NCBI RefSeq assembly: GCF_009914755.1
Contig: NC_060926.1
DNA from: the human T2T-CHM13v2.0 reference genome, Homo sapiens
DNA length: 64,000 nt
Reading direction: 5' to 3' (one strand)
In this document: positions 1 through 12,997 of the stretch, in pieces
How positions within the stretch are numbered: the stretch's first letter is position 1
Layout of the letters: each line of letters begins with the position of its first letter
Made by a program: the position numbers and the translations under genes
The notes under the pieces: model-generated
Databases searched by the model: none
What the model was told of the DNA's origin: nothing
What the model saw: only the letters and a program-made list of their open reading frames with translations

Positions 1-710
1 AAGCAAAGTGAAAATCATGATGAATTCCCGTTATACAAATATTAGAATGACTAAAATTAAAATAACTGACAATATCATATATCGGTGAGAGTGTGGAGGA
101 ACTGGAACTCATACTTTGTTGGTGGGCATGTAAAATGGGACGGTAACTTTGGAGGACTCTCTGACAGTTCCTTATAAAGCTAAAACATACACCTACCCGT
201 GACCCAGCAATTTGACTTCTAGGTATTTACCCAGGAGTCCTTAAAAATATCTGTACATGAATGTGCATTGCAGCTTTATTCAAATAATCATATGCTAAAA
301 ACATCTTAGATCCATCCATAGGTGAATGAATTACACAATTTTTGATACAGTCAAACAATGGCCTACTTAGCAATAAAACAGAATCACTTATTGATACATA
401 CAGCTATATGGCTGAAGCACAAAATTATTTTGCTGTGTGAAAGAAACCAGACACAAAAGAGTTCAAACAGAATGTTTCCATTTATATACATTTTTAGGAC
501 AAGCAAAACTAATCTCTGGTGATAGAAATCAGAACAGTGGTTGATTCTGTGGGGTATCAACAGCAAAAGAGCATGAGGGAAATTTCGGGGTGATAGACAT
601 ATTCTAGATCTTGATTTGGCTGTTTGCAACTGTCACAATTCATTGAACTGAGCAGTAAAGATCTGCGTATTTTGTTGTATGTAAATTGTACATCAATTTA
701 TACATACAAA
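1..710 (+). mobile_element. Old L1 (L1M-class) ORF2 end / 3' UTR fragment
   Basis: Typical L1M 3' motifs: 'gtggaggaactggaactc', 'gacccagcaatt...ctaggtatttaccca', 'aaaactaatct..ggtgatagaaatcagaacagtggtt'. Confidence 0.8.
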
Positions 711-869
711 TGAAAAAGAACAGTATTATGGAGGGAAATTTATATCTAGATATTTATTTTTATTGCTGTTATAAATATAATACTTTTTTCTATTACCTTT
801 TCTCACTTGTCCAAGCAATTTTATAGTCAAAGTCTGTCAAACTTTTAATAAATAATTCCCTTCAAATTT

Positions 870-1060
870 CCTTGATGTCAAAACTTGATAAAGTCAGACA
901 CAAAACTGTAGACCAAGTTCATTTTTGAAAATAAATGTAAAAACACAAAATAGTAGAAAATTAAATTGGATAACACTACACCATGACAAACCAGGATTTA
1001 TTCCAGGAATAGCAGGAGGAAAAGCATGTGATTATCTGAAAATATGCAAGAAAAGCTTTG
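870..1060 (+). mobile_element. Degraded L1 ORF2 remnant
   Basis: 'caccatgacaaaccaggatttattccaggaat' resembles the L1 ORF2 HHDQVGFIPG region; the ORF track shows HHDKPGFIPG. Confidence 0.55.
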
Positions 1061-1352
1061 GAAAAGGCTGTGACAGGCTCGCCGGACACGTTGAGGCTGA
1101 ACGTCACACTGCGTGGGAACGTCAGCACCTCAGGGAAGAGCCTCTCTGTGCCCCTGACCTCCCCGTGCACTGCAGAGCAGGGCCATTGCGTCCTAGATGC
1201 TCACGAGGCACTGATGGGGTAGAGGAATGAAGTCAACAATCAGTCTCATTGGGGCCACCAGACACATGTGACCTCTGCAGCCTGTCCTCCCACAAACTCC
1301 TCTACACAGCCACATGGTCCCTTGGACCTTTCTTTTTAAAAACTCTCCTAGT

Positions 1353-1670
1353 GGCCGGGGGTGGTTGCTCACACCTGTAATCCCAGCGCTCTGGGAGGCT
1401 GAGGTGGTTGGATCTCCTGAGGTCAGGAGTTTGAGACCAGCCTGGCCAACATGGTGAAACACCGTCTATACTGAAAATACAAAAAAATTAGATGGGCGTG
1501 GTGGTGGGCACCTGTAATTCCAGCTACTCAGGAGGCTGAGGCAGGAGAATCGCTTGAACCCGGTGTGGGGGCGGAGTTTGCAGTGAGCTGAGATCATGCT
1601 ACTGCACTCCAGCCTGGGCAATAAGAGTGAAACTCCATCTTAAAAAAATAATAACAATAAAAAAAAAATA
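1353..1670 (+). mobile_element. Full-length AluS
   Basis: Dimeric Alu with A-tail; TSD aaaactctcc(c)tag at 1338-1351 and 1671-1683. Confidence 0.97.
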
Positions 1671-2284
1671 AAAACTCTCCTAGCAGCAGCCAACAATGCT
1701 TGAGCTCTTGCTCTGGGCCAGGTCCTGCTGCCAAGGTTTTGTGTGGTTCAGCTCATGAAATCCACAGAGGTGCCTGCCCAGGGTGCTGTCCCTCTCCTGA
1801 CCACTGGCTGTTGGGAAGTGGGGGCAATGTTTCTAGGGTGATGGATGTTGTGGTCACACACTTGGCTGCTTCCTTTTCATTGGCTGGAGGCGTTTGGTGG
1901 CAACACCACTCTGCTAGGCAAGAACTCCTGGGAGCACCCTGCTTGGAGGAACACTGGGAAAGCCTCTAAGTACTTCATATGGAGACACGGGAGGGAAGGG
2001 AGAGGAGAGGGGAATGTGCATTGACTACCCCAGCCTGGGCGGCTGCGCTGGACTGTCCTAGGCGCATTTGCTGATATTGTCCTCACAGCAGCTCACTAAA
2101 GTGGCACTTCTGTTTCCTGTTTCCAGTTTCCTGTTTCCACCAGTCCCATGTACGGCTGGTGACTGGAGTGTTGTTGCAAGGTGTTTTTCTGGGACTATCT
2201 GGTCTGTGGTGGCTTTGTGCGAGGATTTGGGCTGCAGACGGTTGAAGACCTTAGTATGAGGGGAGCCAAGGAGTCACAGAGCAG

Positions 2285-3205
2285 TGGTGATGGTGATGAT
2301 GTTGTGGTGGTGATGGTGATGATGGTGGTGGTGGTGATGGTGATGATGGTGGTGGTGGTGGTGGTGGTGGTGGAAGTGGCGGTGATGGTGATGATGGTGA
2401 TGACAGTGGTCATGGTGGTGGAAATGATGATGGTGCTGGTGCTGGTGGTGGGGATAGTGGTAGTGGTAGTGGTGGTGGTGGAAATAATGATGATAGTGCT
2501 GGTGATGGTGGTATTGGTAGTGGTGATGGTGATGATGGTGGTGGTGGTGGTGATGGTGGTGGTGGTGGTGATGGTGGTAGTGGTGGTGATGGTGATGATG
2601 GTGGTGGTGGTGATGGTGGTGGTGGTGATGGTGGTGGTGGTGGTGATGGTGATAGTGGTGGTGATGGTGGTAGTGGTGGTGATGGTGATGGTGGTGGTGA
2701 TGGTGATAGTGGTGGTGATGGTGGTGGTGATGGTGATGATGGTGGTGATGGTGATGGTGGTGGTGGTGATGGTGATGGTGGTGGTGATGGTGGTAGTGGT
2801 GGTGATGGTGATGGTGGTGGTGATGGTGATAGTGGTGGTGATGGTGGTGGTGATGGTGATGATGGTGGTGATGGTGATGGTGGTGGTGGTGATGGTGATA
2901 GTGGTGGTGATGGTGGTGGTGATGGTGATGATGGTGGTGATGGTGATGGTGGTGGTGGTGGAAGTGGTGATGATGGTGAAAGTGGTGGCGGAAGTGGTGG
3001 TGATGGTGATGATGGTGATGATAGTGGCCATGGTGGTGGAAATGATGATGGTGCTGGTGCTGGTGGTGGGGATAGTGGTAGTGGTAGTGGTGGTAGTGGT
3101 GGTGGTGGTGGAAATAATGATGATAGTGCTGGTGATGGTGGTATTGGTAGTGGTGGTGATGGTGATGATGGTGGTGGTGGTGGTGATGGCGGTAGTGGTG
3201 GTAGT
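2285..3205. repeat. Composite (GGT/GAT)n triplet repeat / VNTR
   Basis: ~920 bp of GGT/GAT/AGT triplets with internal higher-order duplications; source of the poly-V/M, poly-H, poly-T and poly-P ORFs. Confidence 0.97.
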
Positions 3206-3329
3206 TTGCTATAAGCAGGGACATATGTAGTTGGCTCTTCGTCCTTCACCTCTTCCCTTCCCACTTTTGCAGTTACATGATATCTGAAGAGGTAGCAGTC
3301 ATTGAAATCTTGAGGTAGCAAGGACAATC

Positions 3330-3528
3330 ATAAAAAATGATTTACTAAAGGAGGCCAAGTGCAGTGATGGCAGCCTGGGCCCTAGATGCCACAGATGAAT
3401 GGTTGAGCCAATGCCAACAGAAGCCCACCTCTAAACTGGTAGGTTTTTGAAAAAAATAATCTCTGCTTGTTTCAGGCACTGTTGGTCAGTAGGTTTTCTG
3501 TTATTTGCAGTCAAACATGATACTGATA
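3330..3528 (+). mobile_element. MLT1 (MaLR) LTR 3' fragment
   Basis: Ends 'gttttctgttatttgcagtcaaacatgatactgata', like MLT1 LTR termini. Confidence 0.55.
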
Positions 3529-3639
3529 GAGGCATCCTCTTGGGGTGTGAGCAATGCCTGATATCATCGCACATAGCCATGGATGTTTGCTGAGCTCCTC
3601 CTGCTCCTCTCTTTTTACACAACAATCTGTTCTTCAATG

Positions 3640-4400
3640 TTTTGCATTTCTTTACTTACGTATTCCATAGTTTTAGACACTTCATAGTACTTATCAGATA
3701 ATCTCATTATGTGAAGTATTTGAAGGCCTAATTCTCTATTTGTTGTTTCTTTTGACTCCTCTCCTTATGGTTCACTTCCTCAACAGCTTTCTAATTTTGA
3801 CGAGGGAGCTCATCTGCACTGGGGCTTTATCTGTAGGACTTCCTTGTGGCCTGGATTGAGAGGATGACTGTTACTTCTGCCGGTGTCCAGGGGGTGTTAC
3901 CAACCCAGGGATATTTCTCATGTTAATTTATTTGTTTTGCGGTACCTAGGCCATGAGGTACAATACGTTTGAACCCCAAACCCTGAACTCTAAACGATGT
4001 GGACATTGTTTGCAGAGTTTACAAATTCTCAGGAATCATTTTTCCTTTTTTTCAGCACTCAAGCTAAAACGGACAAGCTTCCTTCTTCTCTCTCTTTGTT
4101 AGGGTGCAATCTGCTCTTTTACCAAATATGGAGCTTCTTGTGGATGTCACCTTCTGCAGGGATCTCAGACACAGCTCTCCATCCTGATCTGGCTTATGAG
4201 ACTTCTTCTCCTATATTTGTACGGCTATAAACCCAAGCCCCAGGGTACATAAATGGACTCCCATCTTCTTTCCACCTCCGGATATCTGAAATGCTTACAC
4301 CTATTTAGTCTACTGGTTTCCATGTTTCTTTCTGTTTTTGGCCCCTGATACCCTCATTTCTTTTTGAACTCAGTTTTGCACTTAAGAAGGCATTTATTAT
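3640..4400 (-). mobile_element. Very old L1/HAL1-type 5' region remnant
   Basis: T-rich degraded sequence resembling the L1M 5' remnant at ~54100-54500. Confidence 0.4.
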
Positions 4401-4759
4401 ATCTTGTCTAGGACCTATCAGAATCACAAGTCAGGCAGATTCGGCACAAAGAGGTAGCTTTAAGGATGTTCTTTGCATCACTAGTCACTAATGATAACAG
4501 CCCTGCACCCCTCCCCCGAGGGCAAGAACCTGAATATCCCCTGGGAGACAGTGAAGGGTTAGCGCCTGAGGGCTGGGCCAGGCCTGATTTTGTCATCAGT
4601 TTATCACTAGCACTAGCTCAGTGCATGGCATGTAGTAAATTCTCAGTAATTTTGTGGTTTGATTTTGAACCAGGAATTAGTAATTTAATTGCTACACATT
4701 CATATGTGCCTTACTAAGCTGCATTAAAATTATTTTGTAGGAAAACATTTAATAAAGTA

Positions 4760-5020
4760 GGAAAATGTTCTTGACATATTTTTAGTTAAAAGAAAAAATA
4801 ATAAGAAAGGCAAACGCAGGTTGCCTGACAGCTATGTGCAGTACAAGTTCTACTTGGAAAAATAAAATGGTGCAAGAAAAATGGATGAGAAGAATACATA
4901 CAAAAATATTAAAAGAGGTTAACTCTGACGTGGGATTACAGAACATTTTTGTTATTTTCTTTATATTTTTATATGTTTTCTGATTTTTCATGGACAACAT
5001 GCATGACTTTTATAATAGAA
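4760..5020 (+). mobile_element. L1ME-type 3' UTR fragment
   Basis: 'aaaatattaaaagaggttaactctg..gtgggattacag' motif typical of L1ME 3' ends. Confidence 0.5.
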
Positions 5021-5229
5021 TTTGTTTTAAAGAAGGCAGATAGGGCAATTGCCATCAAAGAGAGAGTGTTGCAACCAAGTCACCTCCAGAGCTGACTGCT
5101 CCTCAGAAGACCTGGCCTCACCTTTGCCCTCCGCTTTTATTGGGGCATTGGGGCTTATGCAGGAAACATTTTAAAAAAGAACAACAGCAAGAACAACATT
5201 CATAATAATAGTTACATAGAAGAAGAACA

Positions 5230-5360
5230 GCATTAATGATAACAGTTAACACATACAAGGTATACTATGTGTCAGGCACATATGTAATCATTTATATGTA
5301 TTTATTCAGTTAATCCTCATGATATATTACCCTATTTTATAGATGAGAAGAGTGATGCAA
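5230..5360 (-). mobile_element. MIR fragment
   Basis: 'tactatgtgtcaggcac...taatcctca...cctattttatagatgagaa' MIR core. Confidence 0.6.
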
Positions 5361-5411
5361 ATACATATTATAGTATATGTATAGAAAGTATACTGTTCTC
5401 AAATATGTTAT

Positions 5412-5788
5412 TGTATCAGTTAGGATAGGCTAGAATTTGCTGCTGTAACAAGCATCCTCAAATCTCTGCAACTAGAAGCAACATATTTCTCCCTTATACC
5501 ACATGCTCATTGTAGATCAGCTGGGGGCTGATCCTCCTGACTAAGGGAAAACCCAGGCTCTATCTCTTTGTCTCTGACTTTGTGAACACAAGACAAAAGA
5601 GACTACAAGACTATTGTGAACTGGCTCTTACGATTTTCTCCAGGAAGTGGCATAAGTCACTTCTGCTAACTGGCAAAAGTGAGTCACATGACCAAGCCTA
5701 CTCCAAGAGGCCCAAGGCATGGCCTCCTACCACATGTCGGCAAAGGAGACCCAGACTATTTGGAAAACAGCACAAATGACTACCATAG
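5412..5788 (-). mobile_element. Old MLT1 LTR
   Basis: Starts 'tgtatcagttaggataggctag...gctgctgtaacaa'; contains 'gtcacatgaccaagcct'. Confidence 0.65.
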
Positions 5789-6134
5789 ATATCTAAATTG
5801 ACCCTCATAAAATCTTATCCTATTTTAGATTAGAATGGTTGGTTAGTGGACTCTCCAGAGATCTAGCCAGAAAAGAGGGTGGAGTGTGGCACCAGTGCCT
5901 GGGTTCCAAGGCCTTAGAATAGCTGTAGAATTCTACACTGTTCTAATGTAGGAGTCATCATGAGACGGGCCCCTAACATCTTGTTCCTTCATTCCTTTCA
6001 CTGTATTTTATTCATTCCAAGAAAAAGGTTCTTATTGGTCTTATCACAGGGGCAACACTTCCCCAAGTGAAGGAGCAGTGATGTTTCACAGCCCAGAGGG
6101 GATGAAAGGGCTTAGCGATGTGATAAGCCAAACC

Positions 6135-6270
6135 ATGGTTCAGCTCCATTCTCTAGCTGTGTGACCTGGGCAAACACCCAACACTCAGAGCTTCACTTTC
6201 CTTATCTGTAAAATGGGCCAAGGTACCCACCTCCACTTCTAAGGGTTCTTATGAGGATAAAATTAGAGCA
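6135..6270 (+). mobile_element. MIR fragment
   Basis: 'tagctgtgtgacctgggcaa...ttccttatctgtaaaatggg'. Confidence 0.65.
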
Positions 6271-6338
6271 GATTACTGACGGGAGTGGTCACTCACCAGT
6301 ATGTTTCTTTTCTTTGTGCACTAACCCAAGTTATTTGA

Positions 6339-6755
<417 letters not shown>

Positions 6756-6807
6756 TAGGTGTGAACGTTTTTAAAAGCTAAAAGCACTTTAGAAAATGCA
6801 AATTAAA

Positions 6808-7274
<467 letters not shown>

Positions 7275-7299
7275 TCACGCAGTGAAGGTGAGGGGCTCT

Positions 7300-9100
7300 T
7301 CTACCTGACCGGGAGGCGCTCGTTGTTCACGCTGCGGTGGGCAGCGCTGGCTTTCAGGATCACTATCCAGCAGCAGCTCCGACTTCCAGATTCCGCGGCT
7401 GAGCGGCGAGTCCCCGCGAAGGGTGCACAGGAAGGTGCCACCGGCCCAGGACGCTCTGTCACCGGAGTGCAGGAGGGAAGGGAAAGGCGGAGGGCCAGTG
7501 GGGAGGGGTGGGTGGTGTGGCCGGTGGCTCTGCCTTACTCTTCTCTTCCTGGAAGGGAACCTGTGGGGCGGAGAGAGTCCCCAACCCCGGCCCTGAGGCC
7601 GCTCTGGGGGTCCTGCAGGCAGCGAGGTGGCCTCTCTTTACCCAGGGACGCGCGCGGGGATCATCGTCTCCCGGGGGCGAGCATATAAGACGGACCCTGC
7701 CCCAGACCCCTTGCCTTCCTCCACAGGGGGATGGGAGCTAGGGCTGGGGGCGCTGAGAGGAGGGGGTCTGCACGCTGGCTTGGTGGTCCCCTCTGGCGGG
7801 GACAGTGAAGGCTTGGGGGCCTTCGAGACAGGTGCCCACGTTGCCCAAACCACGTGTTGGTGCCACGTGGCAGTGAAGGTTTTAAAATGGGGGTTGGGGT
7901 TGTGAGGCTGGGCCGGCGGGGTGAGATGGGGCTTGGGCATCTGCACTTGCCCGGGCGTGCGGGGGCTCCTAAGGAGGAGGCTGAACCGGTTGTTGGGGTG
8001 GCCTAGGGGGAGGAAGGCGCCCAGGCCCAGGAACAGCCTGGGAGGCCCCAGGGGCAGGGGCAGGTGGGCTGGAAGGAAGTCGTCCGTTGTGGTGGAGACA
8101 GGAAAGGGCTGGAAAGGTGAGGACCCGTTCCCGCCCCGTCCCTTCTTCTCCGCGGCCTGCAGACCCTGGGCCAGGTGGGAATCAGCCTGCTCGCGGCGCT
8201 CGGAAGGCGGGCTCCTCCGTGAGAAGCCGGCCCCTGAGGTGCCAGGAGGACCGCGCCGCCTGCTTGGCATCCATCCATTTGTTCTAATGAGAGAAGGAAT
8301 GAACGGGTTGACTCTGCAGGGCTGCGCCAAGGCCTGCGTCTGCGGGGCAGCGGTGCGGTGTGGGGTCTGTGCGCTGAGCCCCGCCAGGGTTTCTTCTAGA
8401 TGAAGCCCGCAGGCCTTCTCTCCTGCGCACGTGTCCCACGGCAACCGGGAGTGCGAGGTCCTCACGGCTCAGCCCTGTCCCTCCGTTCCTGGAGAGCGCA
8501 TCGCCCCATGGGCAGAGCGGGCAGACAGAGGGTAGAAGTAGGCTTGCCCCTGGGGTGGGTCAGGGAGGTCTCTCTGAGGAGCTGAGCTGTCTGTCAAGCA
8601 AGCCTAGAATGATGAGGACCAGCAGCAGAGAGCAGCCTTGGAAACACCCCCGCCTCACCCCGGGCCGGGGAGCGGCTGGAGCAAAGATCCTGGGGCGCAG
8701 ATAAGTGTGGGCTGCCCATGTGGAGCCCCCTGAGCAGAGGGAAGCAGCGGCGGGCGGGGGGCGGGTGCCAGGGCTCGGATCCGGGAAGAGGGCCTTCTGG
8801 GCGATGGCGAGTGGTTTGGCTTTATCCCAAGCCTGAGAGGAAGCCGCCGCGCGGGGCTAGGCAGAGGGAGAACTCCTGTACTGTGCTCTCTTGTTTTTCC
8901 CCTCTGGAAACTAGGTGGGGTGGGGAGGACAGCCATGTGGTTCGTCCTCCAGGCAGGAGCGGGCCTGGTGGGTGAGGGCAGACGTGGTGAGTGAGGAGGG
9001 CAAGCCTCGTGGTTGCTGCGGCTCAGTGAGGCCTCCTGGAGGGTGAGGCTCCTGTGAACTGAGCACACACAGGCGGCCACCACGGCGCCTCAGCTGGGCT
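7300..9100. promoter_or_regulatory. CpG island (putative promoter/enhancer)
   Basis: Very high GC with dense CpGs, GC-box-like motifs, no recognisable repeats; CTCF-like CCGCCAGAGGGGAC on minus at 7786-7799; TATA-like CATATAAG at 7682-7689. Confidence 0.8.
7837..7872. promoter_or_regulatory. Triple E-box cluster
   Basis: CACGTT 7837-7842, CACGTG 7851-7856, CACGTG 7864-7869 (inside palindrome TGCCACGTGGCA); function is inferred. Confidence 0.5.
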
Positions 9101-10890
9101 GTCACCTCTCACCCTGGGCCTCTCCACCTGCCCCAAGCCAGGCGCTGTGTGGGACGGTGGGCCACAAGCCCTGCCTATGGTCAGCCCATGGGGGAAAATC
9201 ATGCACTTTTAGGACCATCAGCTAGGCCAGAGTCGAAGCCAGAAAAGAAGGCACAGACTCCACCCACTGCGGCCCACTCCCTGGCGTCGCCGTCACCGAG
9301 CTGCTGCCTCTCTGCTTCGTATTTTCAGTGACTCCTCGCCATAACCTTGTGTTACACATAAAGCGACTAAAGTTAAAGGACTAACAGAATTTTCTAGAGA
9401 CCCAGCTAACAAATGACAAAGCAGGGTTGGCCAAGCAGGGGTTGGAATCCACAGAAGAATCACATGCCTGTTCCCAACACCCCTTGAGGCGTGGAGCCCC
9501 AGAGGCAGGCCTGCTGCACAGCCAGGCATCTCCCACAAGCACCAGGGGGTCTGTTCCACATATGCACATGTACCCAAATGTGCACACACATGTGCACACA
9601 CACGCCCGCTCACCCCGACCCTCCTGTACGCACCCATTCACGTGCACACCCACAGTTCCCCTACGTCTGTCTGATCCTGCGTCACAAGGCTGTGTTTTCT
9701 GAGCACACCTCTGCACTCCCAGCTACCACCTCAGCCACAGATGTTTGCCAGGAAGCTGGACGTGCTCTTCCCTGCAGTCTTCTTTCTCTGCTCCTCGTTG
9801 CTTGGCTTGGCTGCCACAGGGAGAGAGGATTTGCAGTGCAGAGGTAAAGAGGTTTTTCCTAATTTGCTCCATGTCCAAACCATTGTCTGCAGATGCAGCC
9901 TCACGGCCACCACATTTTTCACAGACGGTGGCTTGCCAAGAAAAAGAGCCTCCTCTGCCAGCCACCAAGGGGGAGGAGAAATTCCAGGGAAGCTGCACGG
10001 CCCAGTGGGCCTGGCTTCCGCAGGCCTCCTGTGAGGGCTCCTGCCAGGGCAGCTTTAGGAAGGCAGGGACTGGGAGGCAGGGCTGGCCTCCTGCCCAGGA
10101 TGGGCACAGCCCCCTCTTCATGCTCCTGGGTTCTCCCGGTCCTGGCCCAGCTGGGTAGATGTGCTCCCTCAGGCCGTCTACGCCTTGTTCTTTCTTTTCT
10201 TTTTTTCTTAAAACAATTGTTTTGGTTTTGTGAGCAGGCAGGCTGTTCACATGGCTCCAAAGCTGAAAGCTGCCAGAAGCTCCCAGGGAAGGGTTTCTCC
10301 TGCCTGAACCTCCAGCAGGCCTTCCTCCCTGCTAGGGCCAGTATCACACAGCTTTTGCAGGTCCTTTTAGAGCTATTTTCTGCACATTCAAGCAAATATG
10401 TGCATACATTTCTCTTTCCCTCCAATTTTGTAGAAAAGATGACACATGTCACATGCTTGTTTCATGTTGCCTTTTTCACTCGATGGTGTGACAGTGGGGC
10501 CCACTCTAGACCAGGATATAAGGAGTTTCCTTAGGAATTTGAGACGCATAGTTCACAGTGTGGAGAAGTCATAATTTATCTAACCTGTAATGCATCCAGT
10601 TGTTCAAAACTCCTTTGGGCAGCACCCACTGCGTGCCCAGCTCTGTGCCCAGGTCCTGAGGGCTGCTGTTGGTTGTAACGTTTCATGGAAAGAACAGGGC
10701 TTGCTGCTGTACAGCAGCTCAGATGACGCTGGGCCAAAGACCCCACGTTTGTGTGGGTGAGGTCCAGCTGGACACAGGCAAAATGGGAACTGACAGCAGC
10801 TTAGATCACTCTTGCAGGAGTGACTGTTGCAGTTATGCTGAGGGGGAGTTATAGGATGTTTATAGTTTTAACACATCACATTGTTTCCCT

Positions 10891-11350
10891 TTTATTTTTA
10901 AAGTTTTTGTGGGTACAGAGTAAGTATTTATGGGTTACATGAGATATTTTGATGCAGGCATGCATTGCATAATAATTATATCAGGGTAAATGGGGTATCC
11001 ATCACCTCAAGTATTTATTATTTCTTTGTGTTGCAAACAATCCAATTACACTCTTTTAGTTATTTTGAAATGTACGACAAATTATTGTTGACTGTAGTCA
11101 CTCTATTATGCCATCAAATACTAGATATTATTCATTCTTTCTAACCATATTTTTGTACCCTTTAACCATTCTCACTCCTCCTCCACGACCCTTCCCAGCC
11201 TCTGGTAACCATCCTTCTACTCTCTAGCTCCATGAGTTCATTGTTTTAATTTTTAACTCCCACAAATGAGTGAGAACATGTGAAGTTTGTCTTTCTGTGC
11301 CTGGCTTATTTCACTCAACACACCAATCTCCAGTTCCATCCATGCTGCTG
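10891..11350 (-). mobile_element. L1MA-type 3' end
   Basis: 'gggtaaatggggtatccatcacctcaagtatttat', 'cccagcctctggtaacca', 'tgtgcctggcttatttcact'. Confidence 0.88.
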
Positions 11351-11526
11351 TGTAAAGCTCTTCCTCTTGACCCCTCTGCCCCTATGGGATTGGGACTATC
11401 TCTGCTCTCCTCCTCCATGCCGGTGTCTATGTGGTATGCTGAGTTCAGGTGAACATCACGTGGCCTGCGCAATCCACATGGTGATAGGCTTCCCAACCCA
11501 CCATGTTCTGATGATCAATCCCTCTA

Positions 11527-11869
<343 letters not shown>

Positions 11870-12404
11870 CAAAGTCACCAGGACTTCTGGGGACCACTTC
11901 ACTACCTCCTGTCTCCCCTAGCAGCCCTCCTGTAGCTCAATTCTAGGGCTCTCCCTGTTTTCCAAAGCAGAGGAAAGGGAGGACACCAAGATTTCATAAA
12001 CAGCCACTTTGTATGCCACAGTAGAGGGAAAATGTGGGCTGGGCCATCAGTCAAGGCCAGTGGTAAATTGGTGTTCAGAAATCACGTCATAAAGTCCAAC
12101 ACAATTGTTGAAAATGGAAAGCAAATTTGAAAACTAATTTCTTGGTGGCCAAAGCAGATCAGCTGAAAACACTCAGACCTGTGAATATGTGCACTTTTGA
12201 TTTATGACAAAGCTGGCCAAGCAGTAGGAAAGGAAAGGCTTTTTAATAAATGGTGCTGGGATTATTGAGTATCTAAATAGAAGAAAGCAAAACAAAATTC
12301 TTGACCCCTACCTCACACCATCCACAAAAAAAGCAACTCCAGGTAGATTTAGATTTAAATGAGAAAGGCAAAACAATGTAGCTTTAGAAGATAATATAGG
12401 AGTA

Positions 12405-12997
12405 TCAGTGAGGGCTCAACCAGAGAAGCAGGGCCAGTCAGTGATCCTCTGTGTGTGTGTTTACATGGAATTGGCTCATACAATTGTGGGCGCAGGCTAA
12501 GGACATCTGAAGTTTGATGGGCAGGCTGTCAGGGGCTGTTTGGAGTGTGGCTCAGGGAATGCCTAAACCCTTTTAACAAAGCCTTTCAATTAACTGAGTC
12601 AGGCCCATCCAGGATAATCTCTCCCCACTTTTTTTTAGATTAATCAAGTGCAGTAGTGAGAAGTGGAGGATGAGTGGAACAAGGAGTTCGATCTGTAACT
12701 GACTGTGAGCAATAATCTCCCTTTTGATTATCTTAATGTCAACTGACTTGGGACTTTAATCACATTGCAAAATCTCTTTGCAGCAGCATGAAGGCCAGGG
12801 CTCAAGTGAGTAACTGGAGAAAGTGTGTGCATGCTTGAAAGGCCACTGCTTCCCTGTTGTCCTCCTGCTCTCAGTAGAGAATACCCCTGGTTGCCCATCC
12901 CATCCCTGTACCCTCCCTAACTGAATGCACACTAGAAAGGGCATTCCAGGGAAATATAGCTCAGCCTAGGCAAGGTCACACATCAGAAAGCCACCCA
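12405..12997 (-). mobile_element. ERVL-class solo LTR (MLT2/LTR33-like)
   Basis: 'caaccagagaagcag', 'ggaattggctcatacaattgtggg', 'aggccca..caggataatctccctttt', terminus 'aaggtcacacat'. Confidence 0.65.
12637..12713 (-). pseudogene. Y1 RNA (RNY1-like) retropseudogene, 5'-truncated
   Basis: Minus strand ATTGCTCACAGTCAGTTACAGATCGAACTCCTTGTTCC...CTTCTCACTACTGCACTTGATTAATCT matches the 3' 77 nt of hY1 as recalled (about 8 mismatches); short A-tail (T-run 12629-12636); imperfect TSD ataatctc(c) at 12614 and 12712. Confidence 0.92.

Noticed and set aside
2181-3327. Long ORFs of 278-349 aa (poly-Val/Met, poly-His, poly-Thr, poly-Pro)
   Set aside because: All are frames of the same GGT/GAT triplet repeat; there is no domain or splice context.
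7638-8465. 275-aa and overlapping ORFs in the CpG island
   Set aside because: Stop-poor GC-rich DNA gives overlapping ORFs on both strands; P/R/G/A-rich composition and no recognisable homology.
9555-9650. Alternating purine-pyrimidine (CA/TG) stretch as a Z-DNA element
   Set aside because: Short and heavily interrupted; ordinary low-complexity sequence.
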